DNA of 64,000 bases from Parcubacteria group bacterium (GCA_003104935.1 PQAE01000010.1:13768-77767); one strand, 5' to 3'; shown: positions 29,650 to 38,779, counted from the stretch's first letter. Numbers and translations are program-made. Notes: a model not told the origin generated them from the sequence alone.

Positions 29650-29866
29650 ATATTTAATAAAAAATCACGATTCTATTCTCAAAAAATGTTTTTAAGGATA
29701 AAATCGCGATTACTAGTTAGTTCTAGTATTCAGTACGGGGAATAATTTTTAACTATTGGCGATTTTTTACCTTTACAACACTTCCTTCTTTTGGCGCACT
29801 TCCTCCCTCTAGGAGGGTTATGCCAATCAACGAAAATGTTTTATAAACACTTACTTTAGGAAAGAA

Positions 29867-30199
29867 CTACATCTTAATTTCAACATCCACTCCGGCGGGC
29901 AAATTCAGACTCATCAAAGCATCCACCGTCTGCGGTGTAGGGTTCATGATATCGAGCAATCTCTTATGAACGCGCATTTCATATTGGTCGCGGGCTCCTT
30001 TGTGGACAAAAGTAGAACGGTTAACAGTAAATTTCTTTTTCTCTGTCGGCAAAGGTATGGGACCCATGATTTTGGCGCCAGTCCGATCAACGGTATCAAT
30101 AATAGTTTTAGTGGATTGATCAATGATCTTATGGTCATAAGCCCTGATCTTAATCCGGATGCGGGACTGCACTTCGTCTTTGACTTCTTTTTCTGGCAT
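29867..30199 (-). CDS. rpsJ: 30S ribosomal protein S10
   Basis: [11 protein letters not shown]...GPIPLPT...[10 protein letters not shown]. Confidence 0.99.
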   Translation of the reverse strand: MPEKEVKDEVQSRIRIKIRAYDHKIIDQSTKTIIDTVDRTGAKIMGPIPLPTEKKKFTVNRSTFVHKGARDQYEMRVHKRLLDIMNPTPQTVDALMSLNLPAGVDVEIKM

Positions 30200-30234
30200 G
30201 GATGGTAAATGAACTTGTTAATTTGCTTATTAAA

Positions 30235-30261
30235 CCCCTGCGCCCACTCTGGACGCAGGGG
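30235..30261 (-). terminator. Hairpin after tuf (terminator or processing site)
   Basis: CCCCTGCG...CGCAGGGG stem with a short T tract. Confidence 0.5.
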
Positions 30262-30269
30262 AAAAATAT

Positions 30270-31457
30270 TTATTTAAGAATCTTGGTCACCGAACCGGCT
30301 CCGACAGTGCGTCCGCCTTCGCGGATAGCAAAACGGGACTGCTCTTCCAGAGCGACCGGGGCGATTAATTTGATGGTTAACTTGATAGTATCACCAGGCA
30401 TGACCATCTCCGTGCCCTCCGGCAAAATAACTTCGCCGGTAACATCGGTGGTGCGGATGTAAAACTGGGGTTTGTAGCCCTTGAAAAACGGGGTATGACG
30501 TCCGCCTTCCTCTTTACTCAAGATATAAACCTGAGCTTCGTATTCGGTATGTGGAGTAATACTGCCGGGCTTGGCCAAAACTTGGCCGCGCTCCACTTCA
30601 TCTTTCTTGGTGCCGCGTAGCAAAATACCAGCGTTATCACCGGCCATACCTTTGTCTAACTGTTTGTTAAACATTTCAATACCGGTAACCACGGTCTTAC
30701 TGGTCGGTCTCAGACCGACTAATTCCACGTCTTCGTTTAAGTTAATCACACCTCTTTCGATACGACCGGTCACGACCGTGCCGCGGCCTTCGATGGAGAA
30801 GATATCTTCGATTGGCATCAAAAACGGCTTGTCCGTGTCGCGCTTGGGTTCGGGAATATAGTCATCGATGGCTTTAACTAAATCTAAAATCGGTTGGGCG
30901 TCCGGTCCCTTGGGATCGGCCAAGGCCTTGAGGGCGGTGCCGCGGATAATGGGGATCTCGTCGCCGGGATATTCATATTTCTTTAACAAGTCGCGTATTT
31001 CCTCTTCCACCAGATTGACTAACTCCGGATCATCTACCTGATCCATCTTGTTTAAGAAAACAATAATATAGGGCACACCAACTTGGCGGGCTAACAATAT
31101 ATGTTCTCTGGTCTGGGGCATGGGGCCGTCAGCGGCGGAAACGACCAAAATCGCTCCGTCCATCTGGGCGGCACCGGTGATCATGTTTTTGACATAGTCA
31201 GCATGACCAGGACAGTCCACGTGAGCATAATGTCTCTTGTCGCTCTCATACTCAACATGAGCGGTGGCGATAGTAATACCGCGCTCGCGCTCTTCGGGAG
31301 CATTGTCAATCTGATCTACATCCTTGATCTGAGCTTTGTTGCCATGAGCGGCTAACACTTTTAGAATAGCGGCGGTCAAAGTAGTTTTACCGTGGTCAAC
31401 GTGACCGATAGTTCCTACGTTGATGTGCGGCTTTTCTCTGTTAAAAATTTCTGCCAT
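30270..31457 (-). CDS. tuf: Elongation factor Tu
   Basis: [28 protein letters not shown]. Confidence 0.99.
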   Translation of the reverse strand: MAEIFNREKPHINVGTIGHVDHGKTTLTAAILKVLAAHGNKAQIKDVDQIDNAPEERERGITIATAHVEYESDKRHYAHVDCPGHADYVKNMITGAAQMDGAILVVSAADGPMPQTREHILLARQVGVPYIIVFLNKMDQVDDPELVNLVEEEIRDLLKKYEYPGDEIPIIRGTALKALADPKGPDAQPILDLVKAIDDYIPEPKRDTDKPFLMPIEDIFSIEGRGTVVTGRIERGVINLNEDVELVGLRPTSKTVVTGIEMFNKQLDKGMAGDNAGILLRGTKKDEVERGQVLAKPGSITPHTEYEAQVYILSKEEGGRHTPFFKGYKPQFYIRTTDVTGEVILPEGTEMVMPGDTIKLTIKLIAPVALEEQSRFAIREGGRTVGAGSVTKILK

Positions 31458-31576
31458 TTTTTTATTTAACTCCTATGATAGCACCCCTTCCGTGACCGCC
31501 TGAGCGGCAGTGGATGCGAGGATTTGTAATCCAGCTATCGATTATTTATGGATTAATTAATATTTAAAACACCAAG

Positions 31577-31605
31577 ATTATAGCAAACATCTTTATTTTT
31601 GGCAA
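31577..31605 (-). promoter_or_regulatory. Dedicated sigma70 promoter for tuf-rpsJ
   Basis: TTGCCA - 17 nt - TATAAT with a TG extension. Confidence 0.75.
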
Positions 31606-31661
31606 GCCCTAAAGGCCAAGACTGAAACATTTTAATTTTTTATCTAATATTAGCTAAAAAA

Positions 31662-32045
31662 CTAATCTATTGGCTCCAGATAGTACTTTTCATCCACTGG
31701 CTCGTCCACCAGCTCCTCGGCTGGTTCGGAAAGAATACTAGGCGCCTCGGCACCGGTCACGGGTTCTTTTCTGACCTTATCGACCCGGAATTTGTCCAAA
31801 TCGTAGCCGGTCAAATCCGTGCCTTCGTCTTGAGAAGCCTTCCAAACCGCGATATCACGGTTGATTTTCTCCAACAATTGGTCCTCAGTCATATCTTTGA
31901 TCGGAGAAGACCTATGTAACAGGGCTTCATATTCCTTGACGCTCATGATCATATAGGGGTCATGAAATTCCGAAACTACTATAACCTTGTCCCCGGTACG
32001 ATGAGCTAGGTCTAGGACTTCATCGATTTTTTTGTAGTTTGCCAT
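31662..32045 (-). CDS. Acidic hypothetical protein with a Phd/YefM-like N-terminal pattern
   Basis: EVLDLAHRTGDKVIVV...PYMIMSVKEYEALL. Confidence 0.65.
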   Translation of the reverse strand: MANYKKIDEVLDLAHRTGDKVIVVSEFHDPYMIMSVKEYEALLHRSSPIKDMTEDQLLEKINRDIAVWKASQDEGTDLTGYDLDKFRVDKVRKEPVTGAEAPSILSEPAEELVDEPVDEKYYLEPID

Positions 32046-32267
32046 ATTTTTTATCTGCCTATCGCTTATGGCTAATGGCTTATATAAATATAAAAATTTA
32101 CTATAAGCAATCGACTACAGGCCATAAGCCAATTAATAATTAGAGGTATTTTAAGCCAAAATATAGGCCTTGTCAATTAAAAACGTGCTGAACAAATAAT
32201 TGACAAGAGACTAAATATTTGATAAAAATAATCGTTTTATGTTCCATCTATGAGAGGAGGTATGGTT

Positions 32268-32489
32268 GTGGCAAAATACCGCTATAGTGTCGAGGATTTT
32301 CTCGGCAATGTCCGCCACCGCACTCTGGAAGCGGACAGTGATGATGCTGCCCTACAGCAAATGAAACACAGGCAGGAGCAGGAAGTCAGGGGTATTTGGA
32401 GAAAACTGTTGTTCTTGGGATCTCCGAACATCGCTTACGACCTGGTCCGCATTGACCAGGAAGAAATCGTCACTCACCTCGTCCATTAA
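32268..32489 (+). CDS. Small hypothetical protein resembling the PilC/GspF N-terminal domain
   Basis: GGAGG 7 nt before GTG 32268; upstream TTGACA (32200); downstream terminator. Confidence 0.65.
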   Translation: MAKYRYSVEDFLGNVRHRTLEADSDDAALQQMKHRQEQEVRGIWRKLLFLGSPNIAYDLVRIDQEEIVTHLVH

Positions 32490-32517
32490 ATCCCCTTCTC
32501 AGGGGAAAAACAAGATG

Positions 32518-32552
32518 AGGAGTTCCCTGCGGAACTCCTTTTCTGTTTTTTT
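32518..32552 (+). terminator. Intrinsic terminator
   Basis: AGGAGTTCC-CTGC-GGAACTCCT followed by TTTCTGTTTTTTT. Confidence 0.8.
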
Positions 32553-32595
32553 ATTTATACTTACCCAATAAAATAAATAGAATTATCTATTAACA

Positions 32596-32624
32596 TTGAC
32601 AAATATATAAATATATGCTATACT
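32596..32624 (+). promoter_or_regulatory. sigma70 promoter for the structured leader and two small genes
   Basis: TTGACA - 17 nt - TATACT with a TG extension. Confidence 0.75.
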
Positions 32625-32655
32625 TATATATTCTAATAAAAAGCACCTAAAAAAG

Positions 32656-32827
32656 CTATAAAACGCAGATATGGAGGGGCAGAAAAGGCCATATTTTCTT
32701 GATTTTATTGGGTCCCTCTCGATTCACTCGAGGCAGGTCGCTCAATGTCTTCATGAAGGTGTGGCTGGACTATGCAACGGCTTTTAGCCGCTTTTAGTCC
32801 TCTCGCCTCCAGATCCGTGCTTTATAG
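32656..32827 (+). ncRNA. Candidate multibranch structured leader/ncRNA
   Basis: About 22-bp imperfect closing stem (CTATAAAACGCAGATATGGAGG / CCTCCAGATCCGTGCTTTATAG) enclosing several hairpins. Confidence 0.4.
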
Positions 32828-32857
32828 AAAACGTCCTTCAAAACAAGGCAGAGAATC

Positions 32858-33097
32858 ATGATACTATGGATTATGGTTATTGCCCAATTAGTAGTCTGGG
32901 CTTGGTTCTCTTTGCGTGGCGGAAAGCTAAGCGACCGGAAATTTCTTATCTTTACCGCCGGAATGCTCCTGGGACAGCTGGGAGCCGGAATCGAGACTTA
33001 TCAGTCTCACGCCTGGAGAGCTTTTATAGTCCAAATCTACTTCTTTCTCTTCACCGCCATCGGAGGCCTGCAACGTTTCCGACAAATGAAGAATTGA
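32858..33097 (+). CDS. Small membrane protein (about 3 TM)
   Basis: Three hydrophobic segments in 79 aa; coupled to the next ORF. Confidence 0.7.
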   Translation: MILWIMVIAQLVVWAWFSLRGGKLSDRKFLIFTAGMLLGQLGAGIETYQSHAWRAFIVQIYFFLFTAIGGLQRFRQMKN

Positions 33098-33098
33098 G

Positions 33099-33323
33099 GT
33101 GGCAACCATGACCACGATTATGTCCGAACGGATACTGCACAGCAGAAAGAGATTCCCAATAGTGGATTACTATTTGGGATATGACATCGTGGCCTGGAAG
33201 CAAGGAAGCTTGTACTATGCCAAGCCAGTGGGCTGGAAAGGCCCAATCCTTTCCGCTCCGACCAAACCTCTGCTCCGGAGAAGAATCCACGAGTGGTGGT
33301 TTGAAATCCAGCTACGTAATTAA
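33099..33323 (+). CDS. Small basic hypothetical protein
   Basis: Begins 1 nt after the previous stop; a GAGG SD also fits an ATG at 33108. Confidence 0.55.
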   Translation: MATMTTIMSERILHSRKRFPIVDYYLGYDIVAWKQGSLYYAKPVGWKGPILSAPTKPLLRRRIHEWWFEIQLRN

Positions 33324-33447
33324 GTTCCCGCCAACATCTGCCCCCGTCACCCTGAAATCTAAAAGATTTCAGGGCCCGCCCCAGCATATTTTGCAAAAAA
33401 TATATTGAGGCGGGAAAATAAAAAATTCCCAGAATTCTCCGCTAATC

Positions 33448-33479
33448 AAAAATTCCACAGCCTCTGCTGTGGAATTTTT
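33448..33479. terminator. Bidirectional terminator
   Basis: AAAAATTCCACAGC-CTCT-GCTGTGGAATTTTT. Confidence 0.8.
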
Positions 33480-33490
33480 GTTAAAACTAT

Positions 33491-33536
33491 TGTGGATAAA
33501 CCCTAACTACTTGACAAATTAAAAATATGCTATAAT
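33491..33536 (+). promoter_or_regulatory. DnaA box plus extended -10 promoter for the small RNA
   Basis: TGTGGATAA (33491-33499), TTGACA (33511-33516), TGCTATAAT (33528-33536); the -35/-10 spacing is only 14 nt. Confidence 0.6.
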
Positions 33537-33542
33537 ATACTA

Positions 33543-33614
33543 GTGATGATGTTTGTGAGGGTTTAGGCCCTCCCACGGTTAAAAGATATTCAAACCGTAG
33601 ACAAATATCATCAC
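33543..33614 (+). ncRNA. Candidate 72-nt three-way-junction small RNA
   Basis: P1 14 bp (one G-U on +), P2 GAGGG/CCCTC, P3 ACGGTT/AACCGT; the first paired base lies 6 nt after TATAAT. Confidence 0.6.
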
Positions 33615-33621
33615 AAAAAAA

Positions 33622-34107
33622 CTACTGATTTTCCAAGTCACCCTCGTAAAAAACATGTTTCACTCGACCCAATAAAGGGTCATTTTTTGTTTTCCAAAAA
33701 GGTATAACACTCCAGAAATATGGCACTCCGTTATTAACCTCCTTTATAATAACCTTGATTCTGACCTCATTAACAATGGCGACAAATCCATAATACCTAA
33801 CTATCACCATTTTTTTCTCCCATCGAGAATTAGTATTTTGTCTCTCTAAACTATTCTTTTGATTAAATTCCTGAACAGTGTGCGATCTTTCTATAACAGT
33901 TTTGGTTAGCTTCAAAAATTTTAATCTTAAATACTGATCGGAAAGTGACCTGGCCTTATTCCATTCTTTAAACTTAATATGGTCTAACCCCTTAGAATTA
34001 AAATTAACCTTTCTCCCTAGATAAGGGCAATGGACTTCTCTGATAGTGCCATAAAATTTTTCGGCCTCGTCCTTCACTCGATCTAATTTTTCCTGTAGTT
34101 TGTCCAT
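33622..34107 (-). CDS. Putative BECR-fold (LPD3/RelE-barnase-like) ribonuclease
   Basis: VHCPYLGRKVNFNSKGLDHI...R..R...YYGFVAIVNEVRIKVIIKE...YFWSVIP; low GC; own promoter. Confidence 0.55.
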   Translation of the reverse strand: MDKLQEKLDRVKDEAEKFYGTIREVHCPYLGRKVNFNSKGLDHIKFKEWNKARSLSDQYLRLKFLKLTKTVIERSHTVQEFNQKNSLERQNTNSRWEKKMVIVRYYGFVAIVNEVRIKVIIKEVNNGVPYFWSVIPFWKTKNDPLLGRVKHVFYEGDLENQ

Positions 34108-34125
34108 AAATGGTAGTGCGAGTGA

Positions 34126-34154
34126 ATTTTAAGGTGCTAATGTGTTTTTGTCAA
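34126..34154 (-). promoter_or_regulatory. sigma70 promoter for the nuclease-like gene
   Basis: TTGACA - 17 nt - TAAAAT. Confidence 0.7.
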
Positions 34155-34159
34155 TCAGT

Positions 34160-34190
34160 AAAAAAGCCTCACATCAACTGATATGAGGCT
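34160..34190 (-). terminator. Terminator after fusA
   Basis: AGCCTCA...TGAGGCT stem followed by T6 on the - strand. Confidence 0.75.
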
Positions 34191-34209
34191 AACAATAAAC
34201 AGAATTAAT

Positions 34210-36306
34210 TTAATTTTTCTTTTTAATTTCTTCAGCGATATTAGTCGGCACCTGGGAATATTTCTGGAATTCCATGCTGTAGCTGGCTCGGCCCTGCGTC
34301 ATAGAGCGCAAGGTCGTGGCATAACCAAACATCTCGCCCAAAGGCACTTCGGCATCGATAACTTTGGCACCGGCCCGATCGGACATATTGTGTACCTGGC
34401 CACGCTTGGAGTTGAGATCGCCGATCACATCACCCATATATTGCTCGGGAGTGACTACCTCTACTTTCATCACCGGCTCCAAGATAATTGGCTTGGCGCG
34501 TTTGAACGCTTCTTTAAAAGCCATAGATCCGGCCACTTTAAAAGCCGCTTCTGAAGAATCCACTTCATGATAGGAACCGTCATAGACCACAGCTTTGACG
34601 TCTACCACCGGATAACCGGCGATGACGCCGTTGTCCATAGCTTCTTTGATACCCTTCTCTATAGCCGGGATATATTCGCGGGGGATCAGACCGCCCTTGA
34701 TCTCATCTTCAAATTCAAAACCCGCTCCCCGCTCCTGCGGTTCCAGACGAATCCAACAATGGCCGTATTGTCCGCGACCGCCGGATTGCTTGATATATTT
34801 TCCTTCGGCTTCGGCCACGGCCAAAATAGTTTCTTTGTAGGCGACTTGCGGAGCGCCGACATTGGCTTCGACTTGAAATTCGCGTTTCATACGATCCACG
34901 ATGATATCCAGGTGTAGTTCACCCATGCCGCCGATAATAGTCTGATTGGTTTCTTCATCGGTGCGTACGGTAAAGGTCGGGTCTTCTTCGGCCAATTTAG
35001 ACAAAGCCATACCCATTTTTTCCTGGTCAGCTTTGGTTTTAGGTTCTACGGCTACGTGAATAACCGGATCCGGGAAATCCATACTCTCTAAGACTACCGG
35101 GCGTTTTTCATCCGCTAAAGTATTGCCGGTAGTTGTATCTTTCAGACCGACCACGGCTACGATGTCGCCGGTAAATATCTCCTGCACTTCCTCCCGGGAA
35201 TTAGCATGCATCCGGAGGATGCGGCCGATGCGCTCTCTTTTTTCGCTATTACAATTTTCCACATAAGAGCCAGAACCCAAAGTGCCGGAATAGACCCGGA
35301 TAAAAGTCAGCCGGCCGACATAGGGGTCTGTAGCCACTTTAAAAGCCAGAGCTACAAAAGGATCTTTATCTTCTGCTTTCAATATTACTTTACTGTCTTC
35401 ATTGCGCGGCTCGTGGCCTTCTACTTCCGGCATGTCCAGCGGTGAAGGCAAATAGGCCGTGACTGCATCCAGCAAAAACTGTACTCCTTTATTTTTGAGT
35501 GCTGAACCGCAAAAAACCGGCACGATTTTTCCGCTGATCACGGCCTGACGCATAACTTGTTTCAAATCCACAATTTCCGGTTCTTGGCCGGCCAGATATT
35601 TTTCCATCAATGTTTCGTCGTGTTCCACGATAGCTTCGATCAGCTTGCCACGATATTCCTCTACTTTATCTTTTAAGTCCGCCGGTATTTCGCGCTTTTC
35701 GTATTTTTTGCCTTCTTCATCCAGATAATACCAGGCTTCTCTTTCCAATAAATTTATAATTCCGGTAAATGTTTCCGCCGCGCCAATAGGCAACTGCATA
35801 GGGTGGGCATTTTTTGTCAGCCGCTCATGAATAGTTCTCAGGTCAAAATAAAAATCTGCACCCATGCGATCCATCTTATTAACAAAGGCTAAGCGCGGTA
35901 CATTGTATTTATCGGCTTGGCGCCAGACAGTCTCGGACTGCGGTTCCACACCGGCTACACCGTCAAAAACCACTACGCCCCCGTCCAGCACACGCAAAGA
36001 GCGTTCTACTTCTACGGTAAAATCAACGTGCCCGGGAGTATCGATAATATTGATATTTGCCGTGCCACCCCCTAACCACTCCGGTATCGGCCAAAAGCAA
36101 GTAGTAGCCGCGGAGGTAATAGTGATACCGCGTTCCTTTTCCTGCTCCATCCAGTCCATCTCGGCCTGACCCTCATGCACTTCGCCGATCTTGTGCTTTT
36201 TCCCGGTATAAAAAAGAATACGCTCGCTGACCGTAGTCTTGCCGGCGTCGATATGGGCGATGATGCCGATATTTCTAGTTTTTTCTAGTGGTGTCTGTCG
36301 GGGCAT
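34210..36306 (-). CDS. fusA: Elongation factor G
   Basis: [37 protein letters not shown]. Confidence 0.99.
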   Translation of the reverse strand: MPRQTPLEKTRNIGIIAHIDAGKTTVSERILFYTGKKHKIGEVHEGQAEMDWMEQEKERGITITSAATTCFWPIPEWLGGGTANINIIDTPGHVDFTVEVERSLRVLDGGVVVFDGVAGVEPQSETVWRQADKYNVPRLAFVNKMDRMGADFYFDLRTIHERLTKNAHPMQLPIGAAETFTGIINLLEREAWYYLDEEGKKYEKREIPADLKDKVEEYRGKLIEAIVEHDETLMEKYLAGQEPEIVDLKQVMRQAVISGKIVPVFCGSALKNKGVQFLLDAVTAYLPSPLDMPEVEGHEPRNEDSKVILKAEDKDPFVALAFKVATDPYVGRLTFIRVYSGTLGSGSYVENCNSEKRERIGRILRMHANSREEVQEIFTGDIVAVVGLKDTTTGNTLADEKRPVVLESMDFPDPVIHVAVEPKTKADQEKMGMALSKLAEEDPTFTVRTDEETNQTIIGGMGELHLDIIVDRMKREFQVEANVGAPQVAYKETILAVAEAEGKYIKQSGGRGQYGHCWIRLEPQERGAGFEFEDEIKGGLIPREYIPAIEKGIKEAMDNGVIAGYPVVDVKAVVYDGSYHEVDSSEAAFKVAGSMAFKEAFKRAKPIILEPVMKVEVVTPEQYMGDVIGDLNSKRGQVHNMSDRAGAKVIDAEVPLGEMFGYATTLRSMTQGRASYSMEFQKYSQVPTNIAEEIKKKN

Positions 36307-36327
36307 ACGTTAGTTTAAAGTTTAAAA

Positions 36328-36418
36328 TTTCCGCCAGAGGCGGATCGCCCTTTGGGCGAAAAAGTGTAAAGTCTAACCCCCTCTCCCTCCCCCTTGGTAA
36401 GGGGGAGAAGGTGGGGGT
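36328..36418. repeat. Two REP-like palindromic elements between rpsG and fusA
   Basis: TCCGCCAGAGGCGGATCGCCCTTTGGGCGA double hairpin and CTCCCCCTTGGTAAGGGGGAG hairpin. Confidence 0.55.
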
Positions 36419-36512
36419 CTAAAATATCTAGATTATTTTTAAAAAATATTACTAATTATTTTTTAACATTAAAGTCAATGGCGCCGAGCCGCCAGCTATC
36501 AGCTATTGGCTG

Positions 36513-36977
36513 TTAAGCAAAATGTGCAAAAGCTTTGTTGGCTTCCGCCATCTTGTGCACGTCTTCTCTCTTTTTCATAGCTGTACCTTCACCTTTGGCC
36601 GCGGCCAGCAGCTCTTCGCCTAGTTTGACCCGGAGCGAAGCTCCTTTTCTGGACTTGGCCGCTTCCAAAATCCAACGATGGGCTAAGGCGATTTTTCTGT
36701 CGCCGGTCACTACTATCGGCACTTGATAGTTAGCGCCGCCGATGCGCTTTCCTTTGACTTCCAGATTAGGAGCGACATTGCGGATAGCGGTATCATAGAC
36801 CTCCAGCGGGTCCTGTTTGGATTTTTCCGAGATATATTCAAAAGCGCCGTAAACCAAACCCTGGGCTGTAGTCTTTTTACCGCGCTCCATGATGCGATTG
36901 ATAAACTTGGCGATATCCAGGCGGCTAAACTTGGGGTCCGGAGCAATTTTTCTCTTGGGTATGTTTTTTCCTCTCAT
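36513..36977 (-). CDS. rpsG: 30S ribosomal protein S7
   Basis: RIGGANYQVP...HKMAEANKAFAHF; start moved to MRGK at 36977. Confidence 0.99.
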   Translation of the reverse strand: MRGKNIPKRKIAPDPKFSRLDIAKFINRIMERGKKTTAQGLVYGAFEYISEKSKQDPLEVYDTAIRNVAPNLEVKGKRIGGANYQVPIVVTGDRKIALAHRWILEAAKSRKGASLRVKLGEELLAAAKGEGTAMKKREDVHKMAEANKAFAHFA

Positions 36978-36981
36978 ATTT

Positions 36982-37416
36982 TTATGCTTTCTTAGTAGTA
37001 GCCTTTTCTCTCTTTGCACCGTATAAAGACCTACCCTGTTTGCGGGCGCTCACTCCCTGGGTGTCATAAACACCGCGGACGATATGATAACGTACGCCTG
37101 GCAGATCTTTGACCCTGCCGCCACGAATGAGTACGATGCTGTGCTCCTGCAGATTATGCCCCTCGCCCGGGATATATGCCGTGACTTCCATACCGTTGGA
37201 CAGGCGCACACGGGCGATTTTGCGCAAAGCCGAGTTTGGCTTTTTAGGAGTGGTGGTGGTCACTTTGACGCAGACGCCACGTTTAAACGGCGAACCCTTA
37301 GGCAGTTCGTGTTTATATCTTTTCAAACTATTTAAAATAGTTTTCATGGCCGGAGTTTTACCTTTGGCCTTGATACTTTTTCTCGGTCGTTTGAGCAACT
37401 GATTGGTCGTTGGCAT
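36982..37416 (-). CDS. rpsL: 30S ribosomal protein S12
   Basis: [10 protein letters not shown]...[13 protein letters not shown]. Confidence 0.99.
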   Translation of the reverse strand: MPTTNQLLKRPRKSIKAKGKTPAMKTILNSLKRYKHELPKGSPFKRGVCVKVTTTTPKKPNSALRKIARVRLSNGMEVTAYIPGEGHNLQEHSIVLIRGGRVKDLPGVRYHIVRGVYDTQGVSARKQGRSLYGAKREKATTKKA

Positions 37417-37607
37417 AATTTACGGTTTTTTATAAATATTATTTTAAAATAAAAGTGCTTTTCTTAGGGTTAACGGAGCACCGTTAATTAAGAAAAGTCG
37501 CTAGTAAAGTATCACAATTACCCGGACAAGTCAACCCTGCTATAGATTTTTGTCTCTGACTAGGCCAACCACATAAAACCAATCCTGCTTTATGTACCAG
37601 GTCTAGT

Positions 37608-37743
37608 AAAAAAAGACCCCCGCCATAGGCGACTGGCGGGGGTGCGTGCGATTTGATGCCTGAAAGGCTGTGAGGTCTCTCTCCCCACCGAGAGAACTCC
37701 GCCCTGCCTTAGGCCACCAAATCCACGAAACGAACTTATATTA
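37608..37743 (-). ncRNA. Candidate orphan small RNA (~135 nt; long bulged hairpin plus terminator)
   Basis: Promoter TTGACA-16-TATAAT (37777-37750); rod 37645-37727; terminator ACCCCCGCCA/TGGCGGGGGT + T7. Confidence 0.55.
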
Positions 37744-37781
37744 AATATTATTATAGTACAAATTTTTATTCTGTCAACAAC

Positions 37782-38414
37782 CTAAGAAAGAAAACGACCG
37801 ACAATATTGATGAAAAAATCGATGATGGATCCAAAAACATCAAAACCGGTCAGGTCACCCAAGATAACCAGACCGATTAATATCCATAGGCCGTTGATAG
37901 TTAGTTTAGTTTTAAAATCATCCCAAGAAGCCGGCAAAAAAGAAAACAATACTTTGGAGCCGTCCAAAGGTGGAATTGGTATCAAATTAAAGACTCCCAA
38001 AACTAAGTTGACTAGGAGTAGTTGCCCTAAAAAGATCGTCAGTAAACTATCCGGCGACAGACCGGGTACAAAAATTTTTATGATCAGCACAAACAAAACC
38101 ACGCTAAGCAGATTAGAAATCGGTCCGGCCAGAGCCACGGCCGCTTCGCCATAACGGCGCCAGCGCATATTATAAGGATTGATCGGCACCGGCCGGCCCC
38201 AGCCAAAACCAGCCAGCAGTAGCATCAGCGTGCCCCATAAATCCAAATGTACCATGGGGTTAAGCGACAGCCGGCCGCTGTATTTAGCAGTATTATCGCC
38301 TAGAGCTGTGGCTGCCAGGGCATGGGAAAATTCGTGGATGGTCAAAGCAAATATGATGGCCAGCACAATGATTAAAAACATCTGGGGGCTGGAAAATAGT
38401 AATCCAAACAGCAT
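37782..38414 (-). CDS. Site-2 protease (peptidase M50)
   Basis: HEFSH, ALAGPISN and FNLIPIPPLDG motifs. Confidence 0.95.
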   Translation of the reverse strand: MLFGLLFSSPQMFLIIVLAIIFALTIHEFSHALAATALGDNTAKYSGRLSLNPMVHLDLWGTLMLLLAGFGWGRPVPINPYNMRWRRYGEAAVALAGPISNLLSVVLFVLIIKIFVPGLSPDSLLTIFLGQLLLVNLVLGVFNLIPIPPLDGSKVLFSFLPASWDDFKTKLTINGLWILIGLVILGDLTGFDVFGSIIDFFINIVGRFLS

Positions 38415-38551
38415 AATTTATTTTCTTATTTATAATCTTTAACCGTTGGTCGCACAAGACCGCTATCGGGCTTTACAAAAGAAATGATTTGTGTTAATAT
38501 ATTACAACGTTAATACATTATAACGATAATAAAGCAAAAAAGCAAAATAAT

Positions 38552-38743
38552 ATGGCTAAAATATGTTCTATCTGCCACCGTAAGGCAGTTACCGGTCACA
38601 GCCGCAGTCACTCCAATATCGCTACCAAGCGCCTGATGTCCATCAATATCCAGAGCAAAAAAGTTGACGGCGTTAAAAAGCAGGTCTGTACTTCTTGTAT
38701 CCGCTCGATTAATAAAAAGGTCCGGCAAACTACAAAAGCTTAA
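38552..38743 (+). CDS. rpmB: 50S ribosomal protein L28 (Cys-containing form)
   Basis: CSICHRKAVTGHSRSHSNIATKR...VCTSCIR. Confidence 0.95.
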   Translation: MAKICSICHRKAVTGHSRSHSNIATKRLMSINIQSKKVDGVKKQVCTSCIRSINKKVRQTTKA

Positions 38744-38779
38744 TTTTAAAATCAGCGCCGTCGCGCTATATACTTTTCA

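Noticed and set aside
32052-32131. GCTTATGGC...GCCATAAGC hairpin and similar heptamer-like tracts at ~22450-22530 and ~36480-36512
   Set aside because: Short and degenerate; probably decayed palindromic repeats with too little support for a specific call
32671-32787. 38-codon ORF MEGQKRPY... in the structured leader
   Set aside because: No SD and the ATG is buried in the closing stem; unsupported, though a leader peptide cannot be fully excluded
33543-33614. tRNA, tRNA remnant/att site or hammerhead ribozyme
   Set aside because: No TTCRA T-loop, D-arm or CCA end, and no CUGANGA/GAAA core on either strand
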